A stretch of 64,000 bases of DNA. It comes from Octopus bimaculoides. Its lineage: Eukaryota. The stretch covers positions 18,188,798 to 18,252,797 of the forward strand of contig NC_068987.1 in the NCBI RefSeq assembly GCF_001194135.2. Reading direction: 5' to 3'. The notes beneath the pieces were generated by a model. It saw only the letters and a list, made by a program, of their open reading frames with translations. It was not told where the DNA came from and did not search any database. This document shows positions 48,568 through 61,342 of the stretch, piece after piece. The translations under genes and the position numbers were made by a program. Position 1 is the first letter of the stretch; every line of letters starts with the position of its first letter.

Positions 48568-48953
48568 TTGTTGTTGGCACTCCGTCGCTTACGACGTCGA
48601 GGGTTCCAGTTGATCCTATCAACGGAACAGCCTGCTCGTGAAATTAACGTGCAAGTGGCTGAGCACTCCACAGACACGTGTACCCTTAACGTAGTTCTCG
48701 GGGCTATTCAGCATGACACAGTGTGACAAGGCAGACCCTTTGAATTACAGGCACAACAGAAACAGGAAGAAAGAGTGAGAGAAAGTTGTGGTGAAAGAGT
48801 ACAGCAAGGTTCGCCACCATCCCCTGCAGGAGCCTCATGGAGCTTTAGGTGTTTTCCCTCAATAAACACTCACAACGCCCGGTCTGGGAATTGAAACCGC
48901 AATCTTATGACCGCGTGTCCGCTGCCCTAACCACTGGGCCATTGCGCCTCCAC
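48568..48953 (-). mobile_element. tRNA-derived SINE family D, full length with 13-bp TSD
   Basis: Head GGAGGCGCAATGGCCCAGTGGTTAGGG..GGTTTCAATTCCC (A and B boxes), (CAA)n tail, TSD TATCCTTTCCTCT at 48555-48567 and 48954-48966. Other copies at about 5385-5705(-), 19271-19593(+), 25680-25975(+), 50925-51245(+), 54165-54545(+). Confidence 0.88.
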
Positions 48954-49516
48954 TATCCTTTCCTCTAACTAACCAATAAAAATAAATAAATGAATGGATG
49001 AATAGATTAAATAAATAAACAAATTACTTAGTCATTACGGTTATTGTTTCTGACATTTTGACATTCAGCTACAAGCATAATAGATAACTTCGTTTATCTT
49101 GAATCATTTACCTTTGTTTGTATTATTATTTATTAGTTTCTTTGCTTCCCCACCTCCACCCTCTTCATTTGTATTTCATATCTATTGATAAATGTTACGT
49201 GAACCTTCATTTACATCTTTTTCTCTTTCTCTCTCTTGTTTGTTAAACGTCACCATTATAAATTTTAAGACAGGTCAAAGAACTTTTGTTTATTTTGCAA
49301 TCTTATTTATGGACCCGTCATAGTACCATGTAGTTGCGATTTCATGCGAGATATATTTTCTGTGTGATTAAGCATTTTGCTTCCCAACCATGTAGTTTCA
49401 GGTTCAGTCCCGCTGTGTGGTGTCTTGGGCAAGTGTTTTCTATAGCTCTGGGCTCACAAAAGTTTTGTGATTGGATTTGGTAGAGAGAAATTGAAAGAAA
49501 CTAGTTTTGCATGTGT

Positions 49517-49744
49517 TATTTCTTTACTACCCTCAAGGGGCTACACAAAGAGGGAACAAACAAGGACAGACAAACAGATTAAGTCAGTTATATCGACCCC
49601 AGTGCGTAACTGGTACTTATCTAATCGACCCCGAAAGGAAGAAAGGCAAAGTCGACCTCGGCGGAATTTGAACTCAGAACGTATCGGCAGACGAAATACC
49701 GCTAAGCATTTCACCCGACGTGCTAACGTTTCTGTCAGCTCGCC
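49517..49744 (-). mobile_element. tRNA-derived SINE family C, nested in a family A copy
   Basis: Reverse of GGCGAGCTG(A/G)CAGAA..GTTCTGAGTTCAAATTCCGCCGAGGTCGACTTTGCCTTTC..GGGGTCGAT..GTACCAG; 8-bp TSD GCATGTGT (49509-49516, 49745-49752). The central block resembles the Nin/Deu-type conserved SINE domain (from memory). Further copies near 820-960, 1410-1630, 1650-1770, 2930-3120, 21830-22040, 28120-28320, 34631-34823, 35460-35670, 36235-36450, 39040-39230, 46540-46795, 47160-47325, 48016-48137, 52290-52440. Confidence 0.82.
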
Positions 49745-50452
49745 GCATGTGTATGTGTGTGTATCATCTGTTTTTCATACTGGCATAATGTATGTGTGTG
49801 TGTGTCAGGTGGACTAGTTTTTCCCATACATTTCTATACACAAGGTTTGCTAACCCCTTCATAATCTTCCTTTTCATCATTAATAAAGTTGTTAGAATGT
49901 ATATTAAGCCCTTTTATCTATCTACTTTGGCCTGTATTATGATAGGGCTTTTAGGGATAATTGTCCCTTACTGGTCCTTGAGCCAACCTGCAAAGTCAAA
50001 GAAGTTTAATACCTCTGATAGGTATTATCAGAACTCTGAAGAACAGAGATAAAGTGATGTTGTTACATTGGATGTAGATTTTACATTTGCCTTGGAAACT
50101 GAACTTATCAATCTCTACTATCCTTTATTGCTGGATTTCCTTAAATTCTGAATTATCTGAATCCTTTTGGTACCAACTCTGCTCGGGAGCACACATGATT
50201 CTATGATACATATTTCATGTTTTAACCCTTTAGCATTTAAAATGTCAATATCCATACCCCAAATTTTCTACCTGTTTTATGTTCAAACGAGCCAGATCCA
50301 GCATCTCACACCTACCCTACAATGTCATTCTAAAAATATACAATCACATCATTGAAATCTCAAAGCTACAAGATAATGCATGATAAATTCAAAACATTGT
50401 GAATAAATAAGCAATAAACTGGACTAAGTTTATCTAAATTAAAACATTCATA

Positions 50453-50873
50453 GGCGCAGGAGTGGCTGTGTGATAAGTAGCTTGCTTACCAACCACATGG
50501 TTCCAGGTTCAGTCCCACTGCATGGAAACTTGGGCAAATGTCTTCTACTATAGCCTCGGGCCGACCAAAGCCTTGTGAGTGGATTTGGTAAACGGAAACT
50601 GAAAGAAGCCCGTCGTATATATGTATATATATATATATATATATATGTTTGTGTGTGTGTGTGTATATATTGTTTGTGTGTCTGTGTTTGTCCCTCCAAC
50701 ATCGCTTGACAACCGATGCTGGTTCCCATAAATTAGCGGTTCAGCAAAAGAGACCGATAGAATAAGTACTAGGCTTACAAAGAATAAGTCCTGGGGTCGA
50801 TTTGCTCGATTAAAGGCGGTGCTCCAGCATTGCCACTGTCAAATGACTGAAACAAGTAAAAGAGTAAAGAGTA
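50453..50873 (+). mobile_element. tRNA-derived SINE family A, near full length
   Basis: tRNA-like head (GTGGCTGTGTG..., GGTTCAGTCCCAC), internal (TA)n/(TG)n, tail ending GAAACAAGTAAAAGAGT. Other copies at about 10040-10260(-), 23500-23950(-), 24790-25064(-), 27200-27360(-), 28778-29190(+), 31095-31300(-), 39904-40276(+), 52070-52222(-), 53715-54090(-), 56550-56760(+). Confidence 0.85.
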
Positions 50874-51368
50874 TTCATCAATTTATTTTCAAATTAATTG
50901 AAACAAAGGTAGTGTATTTCAACAGTTTGAAGGTGCATGGTTAGGGTATTCGGTTCACAATCATAAGGTTGTGAGTTCAATTCCCAGTGGCGCATTGTGT
51001 CCTTGAGCAAGACATTTTATTACATGTTGCTCCAGTCCACTCAGCTGGCAAAAATGAATAGTGCTTGTATTTCAAAGGGCCAGTCCTGTCACATTCTGTG
51101 TCACACTGAATCTACCTGGAAACTACGTTAAGGGTACATGTGTCTGTGGAGTGCTCAGCCACATGCACGTTAATTTCATGAGCAGGCTGTTCCATTGATT
51201 GAATCAACTGGTACCCTTGTATTAAAACTGACAGAGTGCCAGTTGATTTCACCAGTATTATAGTAACAAAAGAGTACATTATTAATAACTTGAGATGAAA
51301 ATAAGCTTCAAATAGGCATGACTTGCTATGTGTCATATCTTTCATATAAAACTGTTTTTCTTTTCCAG

Positions 51369-51478
51369 AACTGTTTTGAATGTGGCACTCACAATCCCCA
51401 ATGGGTGAGTGTATCCTATGGTATATGGATTTGTTTAGAATGTTCTGGAAAACACCGTGGTCTTGGAGTCCATCTTAG
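51369..51478 (+). CDS. ARFGAP1: ARFGAP1 second coding exon, ArfGAP zinc finger ([36 protein letters not shown])
   Basis: ttttccAG / GTAAGT; CxxC-x16-CxxC followed by the catalytic Arg; 110 nt. Confidence 0.96.
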
Positions 51479-52829
51479 GTAAGTAATAGCAGGTCTCTTA
51501 ATTTTTTGACGTCTACTCTTCCATGTTTGCATGGATTAAATGGAATTCATTGAGGAAGATAATCTACCATAGGTTGCTTTTCATGTCACCAGGCCTCACC
51601 TGTTTCCAAGCAAGGTAATATTCCCTCTTGTCCTTGAAAAACTTACAACCTGATGGCCAGACATGTTTTCAGGGAAGATGCTGCTTGAATTAAGGCACTG
51701 ATGACAAGGAGACACAAAAACACTCACATACCATATTATATATATATATATATATACATGTACAACAGGATTCTTTCAGTTTCTACCTNNNNNNNNNNNN
51801 NNNNNNNNNNNNNNNNNNNNNNNNNNNNNNNNNNNNNNNNNNNNNNNNNNNNNNNNNNNNNNNNNNNNNNNNNNNNNNNNNNNNNNNNNNNNNNNNNNNN
51901 NNNNNNNNNNNNNNNNNNNNNNNNNATATATATATATATATATATAGTGAATAGGTAAAAGGATTCAATGTACATCCTAACGACTTCGTTAACAATGACA
52001 AGAAGAAAGATTATGTATATGTATGTATGTATATGCACATATGTATATATATATATATATATACATGTACAACAGGATTCTTTCAGTTTCTACCTACCAA
52101 ATTCACTCACAAGGTTTTGGTCAATTCGAGGTTATAGTAGAAAACACTTGCCCAAAGTGTCACAAAGTGGGACTAAACCCGGAACCATGTGGTTGGGAAG
52201 CAATCTTCTTACCACACAACCATTGATTTTAACATAAGCAAAAAGCAGCACATTTGTAAGAGAGGGTGGTACAGTAGCTTGTATCAAATTCCATATTTGA
52301 ATTGTACTACTTTTATCATCCTCCTTGAGGAAGAAAGCTACAACTGACCTTGATGGAATTTGAAATCAGAACATAATGTAATTGAATACCTCATGGCATT
52401 TTCTCTAGTGTTCTACCAATTCTGCCAAACTACCACCAGTATTCACATTTCCTGCTGACAACAATGTATTCCTCTCTTTGGCATACATCAGCCAGATGCC
52501 CTTATGGCTTTCTCTTCCTCTTTTACTCTTTGTTTCTTTCTTTCTCCTCTTTCACTTTCTTTTTCTTTCTTATCCTTCTTTCTCCTTCTTATTTCCTCTT
52601 CTTTACTTGAGAGTTCTTTCTCATCGTCATCATCATTTAATGTCTGCTTTTCATGCTAGCATGAGTTGGACAGTTTGACTAAGGACTAGCAAGTCAGTAG
52701 GCTGCACCAGGCTCCAATCTGATCTGGCAAGGTTTCTACAGCTGGATGCCCTTCCTAATACCAGCCTCTCTGAGAGTGTAGTGGGTGCCTTTTACATGCC
52801 ACCGGCTTGGGAGCCACTCAGAGGGCACT

Positions 52830-53095
52830 GGCATCAACCATGTTTGGATGGTGCCTTTTACATGCCACCAGCACGGGAGCCAGTCAAGGGTTACTGGCAT
52901 CAACCATGTTTGGATGGTGCCTTTTACATGCCACCAGCACGGGNNNNNNNNNNGCACGGGAGCCAGTCAAGGGTTACTGGCATCAACCATGTTTGGATGG
53001 TGCCTTTTACATGCCACCAGCACGGGAGCCAGTCAAGGGTTACTGGCATCAACCATGTTTGGATGGTGCTTATTACGTGTCACCAGCACAGATGC
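52830..53095. repeat. 66-bp tandem array inside a family B retroposon
   Basis: Units start at 52830 and 52896 and continue across a 10-N gap (GGCATCAACCATGTTTGGATGGTGCC...GGTTACT). Confidence 0.9.
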
Positions 53096-55212
53096 CAGTC
53101 AGACAGCACTGGCCGCAACTATGATTTCAATTTCACTTGACTCAACAGGCCCTTCTCAAGCACATCATATCACCCGACGCTTTAAGGGTACTTTTGAATG
53201 GGCCGGTTATGCAACACTGGCATCAGCTTCAGCTGTGATCTCCAAACCATACCATTACATTGTAGTAACGCCTTGTCTCGTGCGCATGCGTAGTCATCAA
53301 TATCCAAGTTTGGCGCCCTTATTCATTCTCTTTCTCGGTCGGCCGGCCATGAGCATGGACGGGTCAAGCTGTCTCTCCAACAATCCAACTCTGGGGACAG
53401 CTCACATCAACATTCCAATGTCTCAGCAACCAGTTTAAGGCTGCCTATTTCACCCATAAATAAATATTGTTGTGTTGATAGTTCAGAGTCAGCGTTACGT
53501 TGTTTATTCAGAATTTAANNNNNNNNNNTGTGTTGATAGTTCAGAGTCAGCGTTACGTTGTTTATTCAGAATTTAATATAGGAAAGCGGGTGTACACCTA
53601 ATGGTGTATAACCACTTTCCTATAACATAAACACTTGCCCAACAGCAACCCTTGTTATGTAATATAGATACATCAGCACAAGCATCTATAATTATAATAT
53701 ATATATATAAGTATATCTTTTACCTGTTTCAGTCATTAGACTGTGGCCATACTGGGGCACCACCTTGAATTTTTAGTCAAATGAATCAACCCCAGTACTT
53801 ATTTTTTAAGCCTAGTACTTATTGTAATAATCACTTTTGGTGATCCACTAAGTTATGAGGACATAAGCACACCAACCCCAGTTTTCACGTGGTGATGGGA
53901 GGACAAACACAGACACACATATAGATATATATGATGGGCTTCTTTTAGTTTCCACCTACTAAATCCACTCACAAGGCTTTGGCTGGCCCAAAGCTATTGT
54001 GGAAGATACTTGCCCAAGGTGTCACGCAGTGGGACTGAACCCAAAACCATGTGGTTGGGAACCAAGCTTCTTACCACACAGCCACTCCTGTTACACATAT
54101 AAGTATATATATATATATATATATATAATACTTATGTTTTTAAGTGTGTGTGTGTGCGTGTATGTGAAGGCGCATGGCTCAGTGGTTAGAGTATCCCTCC
54201 TCTCTGTTAGGAAGCACAAGCACTTGCTCACACATGTACACAGCCTGCCAAATTCAATCACAAGGCTTCAGTCAGTCCAGGCTTACAATTGTGAGTTTGT
54301 GAGTTCAGTTCCCAAGCCAGGTTGTGTGTTATGTTCTTGAGCAAAGTGCTTTATTTCATGTTGCTCCATTTCCCTCAGCTGTGGAAAAGAGTCACGATAT
54401 CACTGGTGCCAAGCATTGCCTTCCCATTGGACAACGCCGGTGGCATGAAGAGGGGAGATTGGTATTTATGGGCAACTGCTGGTCTTCCACAAACAACGTA
54501 GCTCGGACTTGTGCTTCATAAGGAAACTTTCTAAATGCAAACCCCTTTGTGACGAAAAGGGGCTTTTACCCTTTTGCGTGTGTGTGTGTGTGAGCGCACT
54601 TTGCAACCACATGGTTTCAGACTCATCTCACTGCACAACAACTTCAACAAGTGTCTTCTATTATAACCCTGGGCTGACCAATACCTTGTGAGTGAATTTG
54701 GTTGAAGAAAACTGTAGGAGCCCATTTTGTGTGTGCGTGTGTGTAGCCCCCTACAACCACTTGACAATTGATGTTGCTTTGATTATGTCTTCATGACTTA
54801 GTGATTTAGCAAAAGAGACTGATAAAATAAGTAGCTGACTTTAAAAAAAATAAGTACTGGGGTTGATTTTTTTGACTAAACCCTACAAAGCAATGCCCCA
54901 ACTTGGCTGTTGTCCAATTACTGAAACATGTAAAAGATAAAAGATATGTACATAGACAGATAAAAGGTTGTGTGGCAGTGCTCTATCATTATTAAAATAA
55001 TGAATATTTAATTTTATTATGCCATGCACTAGTGCAATTAATAGTTAATTACTCTGACTTTTTCATGATTAGCAATATCTGTCCTCGGGCAAATGAGGAA
55101 TGAGGTCAGTCTTGTTTTTTTTTTTTTTTGTCCCAATAGCATTTATTAGCAGAGTGAATGAAATAGCTGTCACTAAGAATTGAAACCATGACTGCTCATT
55201 TGCAAACTATAA

Positions 55213-55286
<74 letters not shown>

Positions 55287-55802
55287 TTGGGGATAGCTGT
55301 GTGATTAAGAAGTTGAGTTCAAAACCTTGTAGTTAGGGTTTCAGTCCTTTTATGTGGACGCTGTCAGCTGTTGTCCTCTTATATTCATGAGTTGACCAGT
55401 ACCTTCTGAGTGAAATTGCTAGACAGAAACTGAAGAAGCCTATCAAACACACACACACACACACATGTCTGTGTATGTGTGTCTGTTTGTGTGAGTGAGT
55501 TTGTATTTCCCTTCATTTTCATGTGTGTTTCATGACTAAACAAAATGGCCCATTCAAATGATGTGCTTTCTTTACAGTTTTCTATGTAGCCGTGTCCAGG
55601 TTGTTCATTCCTTGATAGACTGGGGAAATATTACCTTGCTTTGAAACATGCAAACAGGTCAGGGTTGACATCAGAAAGGGCAGCTGACAATGTAAAACTC
55701 AGTCACAATGTAGTTTATATTTGATTTATGCAAGCAAGAAAAGGTTGACATTAAAGCAATAAACAATGATTATATATGTGTGTGTATATATAGGTTTGTA
55801 TC

Positions 55803-55835
<33 letters not shown>

Positions 55836-57189
55836 NNNNNNNNNNNNNNNNNNNNNNNNNNNNNNNNNNNNNNNNNNNNNNNNNNNNNNNNNNNNNNNNN
55901 NNNNNNNNNNNNNNNNNNNNNNNNNNNNNNNNNNNNNNNNNNNNNNNNNNNNNNNNNNNNNNNNNNNNNNNNNNNNNNNNNNNNNNNNNNNNNNNNNNNN
56001 NNNNNNNNNNNNNNNNNNNNNNNNNNNNNNNNNNNNNNNNNNNNNNNNNNNNNNNNNNNNNNNNNNNNNNNNNNNNNNNNNNNNNNNNNNNNNNNNNNNN
56101 NNNNNNNNNNNNNNNNNNNNNNNNNNNNNNNNNNNNNNNNNNNNNNNNNNNNNNNNNNNNNNNNNNNNNNNNNNNNNNNNNNNNNNNNNNNNNNNNNNNN
56201 NNNNNNNNNNNNNNNNNNNNNNNNNNNNNNNNNNNNNNNNNNNNNNNNNNNNNNNNNNNNNNNNNNNNNNNNNNNNNNNNNNNNNNNNNNNNNNNNNNNN
56301 NNNNNNNNNNNNNNNNNNNNNNNNNNNNNNNNNNNNNNNNNNNNNNNNNNNNNNNNNNNNNNNNNNNNNNNNNNNNNNNNNNNNNNNNNNNNNNNNNNNN
56401 NNNNNNNNNNNNNNNNNNNNNNNNNNNNNNNNNNNNNNNNNNNNNNNNNNNNNNNNNNNNNNNNNNNNNNNNNNNNNNNNNNNNNNNNNNNNNNNNNNNN
56501 NNNNNNNNNNNNNNNNNNNNNNNNNNNNNNNTATATATGTATAATATGTTTGTGTGTCTGTGTTTGTCCTCCCACCATCACTTGACAACTGATGTTGGTG
56601 TGTTTACAGCTGTGTATTAACGGTTTGGTAAAAGAGACTGATAGAATAAGTACTAGGCTTACAATGAATAAGTCCTGGGGTTGATTTGTTTGACTAAAAA
56701 AAACCTTTAAGGTGGTGCTCCAGCATTGCCGCGGTCAAGTGCCTGAAACAAATAAAAAAAACTAAAAGAATATACAGTGGGATTGAACCCTCAAACCATG
56801 TGGTTGGGAAGCAAGCTTCTTACCACACAGCCATGCCTGTGTCATCTGTCTGCAGTTTTGCACTTTTCTAGCCGCCTCAGTTCTTTGCTTCCCTGTTGGT
56901 CTCCAACAAGACACAGTTGAGTAATTCTCGTTACGTAGAGAATTCAACCATTAAAAATAACAGTGCAGTGATGTGCCAGTCCATTTGGTTCGCTTCTGTG
57001 TAGACAAGATGTACATAATTTGTAAAATCAAAAGTAGCATAAATTACATTCTCCTTACAAACACCTGTCGTGATTTATCCTTTATTTCANNNNNNNNNNG
57101 TCGTGATTTATCCTTTATTTCAATACTTTGTGTGTGTGTGTGTGTGTGAGTTAGTGTCTGCATGTGCATTTATATGTACACATCCTGAC

Positions 57190-57220
<31 letters not shown>

Positions 57221-58143
57221 AACACACATACATATATACATACATACATATCTGTGCATTTGAATATGAATGTATGTGAGACTATTCATCCATTCACTTT
57301 GTGTTCATTTTCCCTTAATGTGCATGTGTGTAGTGTGTGTGTGTAATGAGTGAGTGTGTACATATGTGATTGTGTGTGTGTGTGTATATGTATATATATG
57401 TAATCAATTTAGCAGCAAGCTTAAAAACACAAGTTGGTTTCTTGTATACAAAGACCATAGCAACAAAGCATTGAGGTGTGTGTGTTTATAACCTATACCA
57501 GTGATTTTTATCAATGGAGATGACTACATCAATCAATAAGAGGTGTGTTTCTATTCTGAATGTGAAAAAGTAAGCCATAATGAGTTGTCCACTTGTAAAA
57601 TAGTAGTGGCTTAGCTTTTATTAACTGACCAATCCTTGAATGTACTGGTTGGATCAAGTCTTATAATAGCTCATCTCTTGTAAATGATTGTATCACTGAA
57701 AGCTCATATTAATTCTAGCTTCTCTATGCAGATGATGGTTTTTTAATAGAAATAAAATGTGCAACAAATAAACCTGCACAACGTAGAGTGAATGAATGAG
57801 TTAATTCAATATGGGCTTGGACATGGCTGTGCGGTTAAGAAGCTTGATTTTCAATCATGGGATCTTGGGTTCGGTCCCACTGCACAGCACCATGGGTAAG
57901 TGTTTTCTACTACAGCCCCTGGCCAACCAAAGCCTTGAGAATGGAATTAAATAGAGAGAAACTGTAGGAAGTGTGTGATTAAGGTACTAACAACAATTAA
58001 GGTGCTAACAACGAGCACTCCATTGGTTACGATGATGAGGGCCAGTGCAATCTGCGCAAGGAGATTTAGTGTGACACAGAATGTGACATGGTTAGACCTT
58101 TGAAATGCAGGTACAACTACTTTTTGCCAGATGACAATATATA

Positions 58144-59014
58144 CAGGGTGCGATGGATAAATTGTCGTCATTTTATATTTTTAATTTTGTGCATGCGCAT
58201 TGTTTGTTTTTGATTTTATCAACTGCACAGTACAGTAGGGTCAGTTGGGCACCACCTGTGAGAAAAACAGCACCATAATGCACTCACTCTGCCAGAAATT
58301 TGGAAATGACATGCTGTACTGCTTGGCATTCACACTGGAAGCTCGAATACGAACATTTCAGAGTGTTTGGGTGTCAATCTGAGGACATGTACCACGAGTG
58401 ATAAAAATCAAACCTCCAGTCAACATTATAGTGTTTGTAGTGATCACTAGTTATGGTGACGTTATGCCTCCATTCATCTTCCCACATAGCCTCAGACTCA
58501 ACACAAAGGCATACATCAACTGCCTGGAGGAGGTAGTGTTGCCTTGGTTCAAGAGAGTGGCTGCTGAAAGACCCCATGTCTGGCAACAAGACTCTGCACC
58601 ATGTCGCACAAGCAGAAAAAACCAGTCATGGCTGTCAGACAATTTCTGCAACCACATCACCCTTAACATCTGGCCACCTAACTCCCCAGACTGCAACCTT
58701 CTTGATTATTATGTGTGGTGTTATAAGGAGTTTTGTTGGTCTCTTGCTCAACTGCACCCCAAAGATGAACTGAAGCAAGGATTATGGCAGCATTTATTAA
58801 CTTAAACAAGGAGACCGTCCAGAAGAGTTGCAGGAGATTCTGAGGTTGTATGGAGGTTGTGGTTGAAGCCAGTGGTGCTTTTATTGAATAAATTTACTCT
58901 TTAGTATTTCAAGATATTTTTATGTAATTTTGGTAACTATATTTGTTAAAATGAGATGTCAGTGTTGTTTTCATCTTTGTGTAATTTAGACGACTGTTTA
59001 TTCACTGCACCCTG
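58144..59014 (+). mobile_element. Internally deleted Tc1/mariner-superfamily DNA transposon, DD37D (maT-like)
   Basis: About 26-bp imperfect TIRs (CAGGGTGCGATGGATAAATTGTCGTC / GACGACTGTTTATTCACTGCACCCTG); TA at the left flank; ORF 58398-58805 has QQDSAP...WPPNSPDCNLLD with 37 residues between the two Asp; only about 870 bp long. Confidence 0.88.
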
Positions 59015-61112
59015 TGTGTGTGTGTGTGTATTTATGTGACTCCAGGCTTAAAAAAACAAGTTGATTTGCTTGACTAAAACTCTTCAAGACGGTCCCCCAG
59101 CATAGCCACAGTAAAAGATAAAAGATAGGAATATGTATTTATGAATGAATTTACTGCTAAGGTTTTCAATGTAAAGTAATATTAGACGATTGAGAAACAA
59201 GTTTGAAACAGAAAAGAGAAATAGACCTATTCACTGGACCATACCACTTAGAATGTATACTAGTGAATTATTATTACAGAAGTATCAATATAGTATGGCT
59301 TTTGAATCAATAAACAAATGATGTCATATCTATATGTAGTTAGTCTGGATGTGAAATTTAAACCTATGAGGACCATTTTCGGCGCTTGATATGCAGATCA
59401 AAGAGTTAGCATTATTTATTCATCATCCACGATGTTTTTGTAATCTTCTAATTACTGTCTGGCTCTTAACCTTATATACATACCTACATACAGTATGGCT
59501 TTGTGGTTAAGAGGCTTACTTCCCAATCATGTGCTTTAGGGTTCAGTCCCCCTACACAACATGTTAGGTAAGTGTTTTCTGCTATAGCCCTGTGTTGACC
59601 AAGCCTTGTGCATGAATTTAGTAGATGGAAACTGAAAATAAAAAAGCCTATCACTCGTGTGTATGTGTGTGTCTTCTTGTCTTGTTATCATGACAAACAT
59701 TATTGTTATATACACTATCTTATTCATTTCCAGTCTTCTGTGAAAAATATGTCTGGCCTTTGGAAATATTACCTTGCTTCAAAATCAGTAAGGGTTGATA
59801 ACAGGAAGGGTGACTGACCATAGAAAATCTGCCTCAGAAAATTCAATCTAACCCATGCAAGCATAGAAAAGTGAACACTAAAATGCTGAGGCACACATTC
59901 CACTTCTGGCTTTTTATTCTCTTTCCCTTTCCTTCTGTTGGATAAGAGATACCCTCCCCATTTTCTATTTAGTGTCACATCTCTTTTTTCTATGTCCCAA
60001 TTGCAAATATATACATGACAGGCTCTACACAGTTTCTATTTACAAATTCGCTCACAGGGCATTTGTTGGCCCATGATTATAGGAGAAGTAGCTTGCCCAA
60101 GGCTGTACAATATGCACTGGATAAGTTTATTGTCAAGTGCTACAAGGCATAGCTGAGAATTAGTGTTTCAAAGACCGAGACATTGGTCCTCTCAAGAAAG
60201 TTTTCCCAGTGCTCTCTGCATGTTAGAGGAACATCACTTAGTATCTCGGAAAGGGCAGTAACTCTGACTTGAGCAGTGATGACCCATTTAAGACCTACCA
60301 GTATAGAAACTGGACATAAATGAGAATGATGCTGATGATACATGTAACAAACGCAGAGCAACGCATCTGAAAGTAAAAAAATATATATCTATAGGCTATT
60401 AAAGGATAACAATAGCCACTACTTTTAAGTGTGTGTGCTATGTGTTGTAATTTGTGGGTTTTCTATATATGTAGTTGGGTTTATGGATGTTGTGTCTATG
60501 TGTGCAAATATCCATATGTAATTTTCAAACATTCATGTGTGTGTGTGTGTGTGTACGGGTAGATATTTCCATATTTGTATGTGTATGATACGTGTGTATG
60601 TTTGTATAATTATATATTTAAGTATATATACTGTCGAGTAATAAGGCAAAGGACAGCTCCCATGGCTTTGAAGTATCTCTGAAACTAGTAGGGTGGAAAG
60701 ATGGGAGGAAGAAACGTCTCCTTAGTTTACTGCAATAAGAAACAGTGCATTGGGATATTGTGTTGTACTTAGGCTGGGGAAACTGGCACAGATGTTTGAA
60801 AGAAAGTGATCTTCACTGAAGATACTCAAGGGCTGGAGAGTGGCAGTTAAAAGAGGTGATGGGTTACAACCACTACAGAAGAACAGGCACACACCATCTG
60901 ACAAGTTTTCACAGTTTTGTGTTTCCAATTTCATTCACAAAGCTTAGATCAGCCCTAAAAGTTTGGTGGGAGATACTTGCTCAAGGATTCAAACCTAGAG
61001 CCACATGCTTTATCATTGTTATCATCATCATTGTCATTTAAACATTCATTTTTTTCCCCCAGTTTGCATGAAACAGATGGAATTCATTAAGGCAAATTTT
61101 TTATTTATCAAC

Positions 61113-61342
61113 ACCATTTTGAGCGTGGCCGTTGCCAGTACCTCCTGATTGGCCTTCTTGCCGGTGGCACGTAAAAGTACCCACTACACTCTCGGAGTGG
61201 TTGGTGTTACGAAGGGCATCCAGCTGTAGAAACTCTGCCAAATCAGATTGGAGCCTGGTGTAGCCATCTGGTTCACCAGTCCTCAGTAAAATCGTCCAAC
61301 CCATGCTAGCATGGAAAGTGGACGTTAAACGATGATAATGAT
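61113..61342 (+). mobile_element. Retroposon family B copy in ARFGAP1 intron 2
   Basis: Close to the 4125 copy, with a GATGATAATGAT tail. Confidence 0.85.

Noticed and set aside
48568-50873. tRNA-like sequences with A and B boxes
   Set aside because: They are SINE heads continuing into SINE bodies and tails, with no complete cloverleaf, so not tRNA genes.
51736-52092. Short duplication TACATGTACAACAGGATTCTTTCAGTTTCTACCT either side of a gap
   Set aside because: Probably haplotype or overlap artefact beside (TA)n; cannot be separated from a real indel without reads.
20933-53095. Tandem 44-bp and 66-bp units as a possible CRISPR array
   Set aside because: Units are contiguous with no unique spacers, the context is eukaryotic intron, and there are no cas genes.
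10202-56620. Long ORFs made of X residues
   Set aside because: They run through N gaps and are artefacts.
60140-60361. ORF as a possible LINE fragment
   Set aside because: No diagnostic RT or endonuclease motif could be identified by eye.
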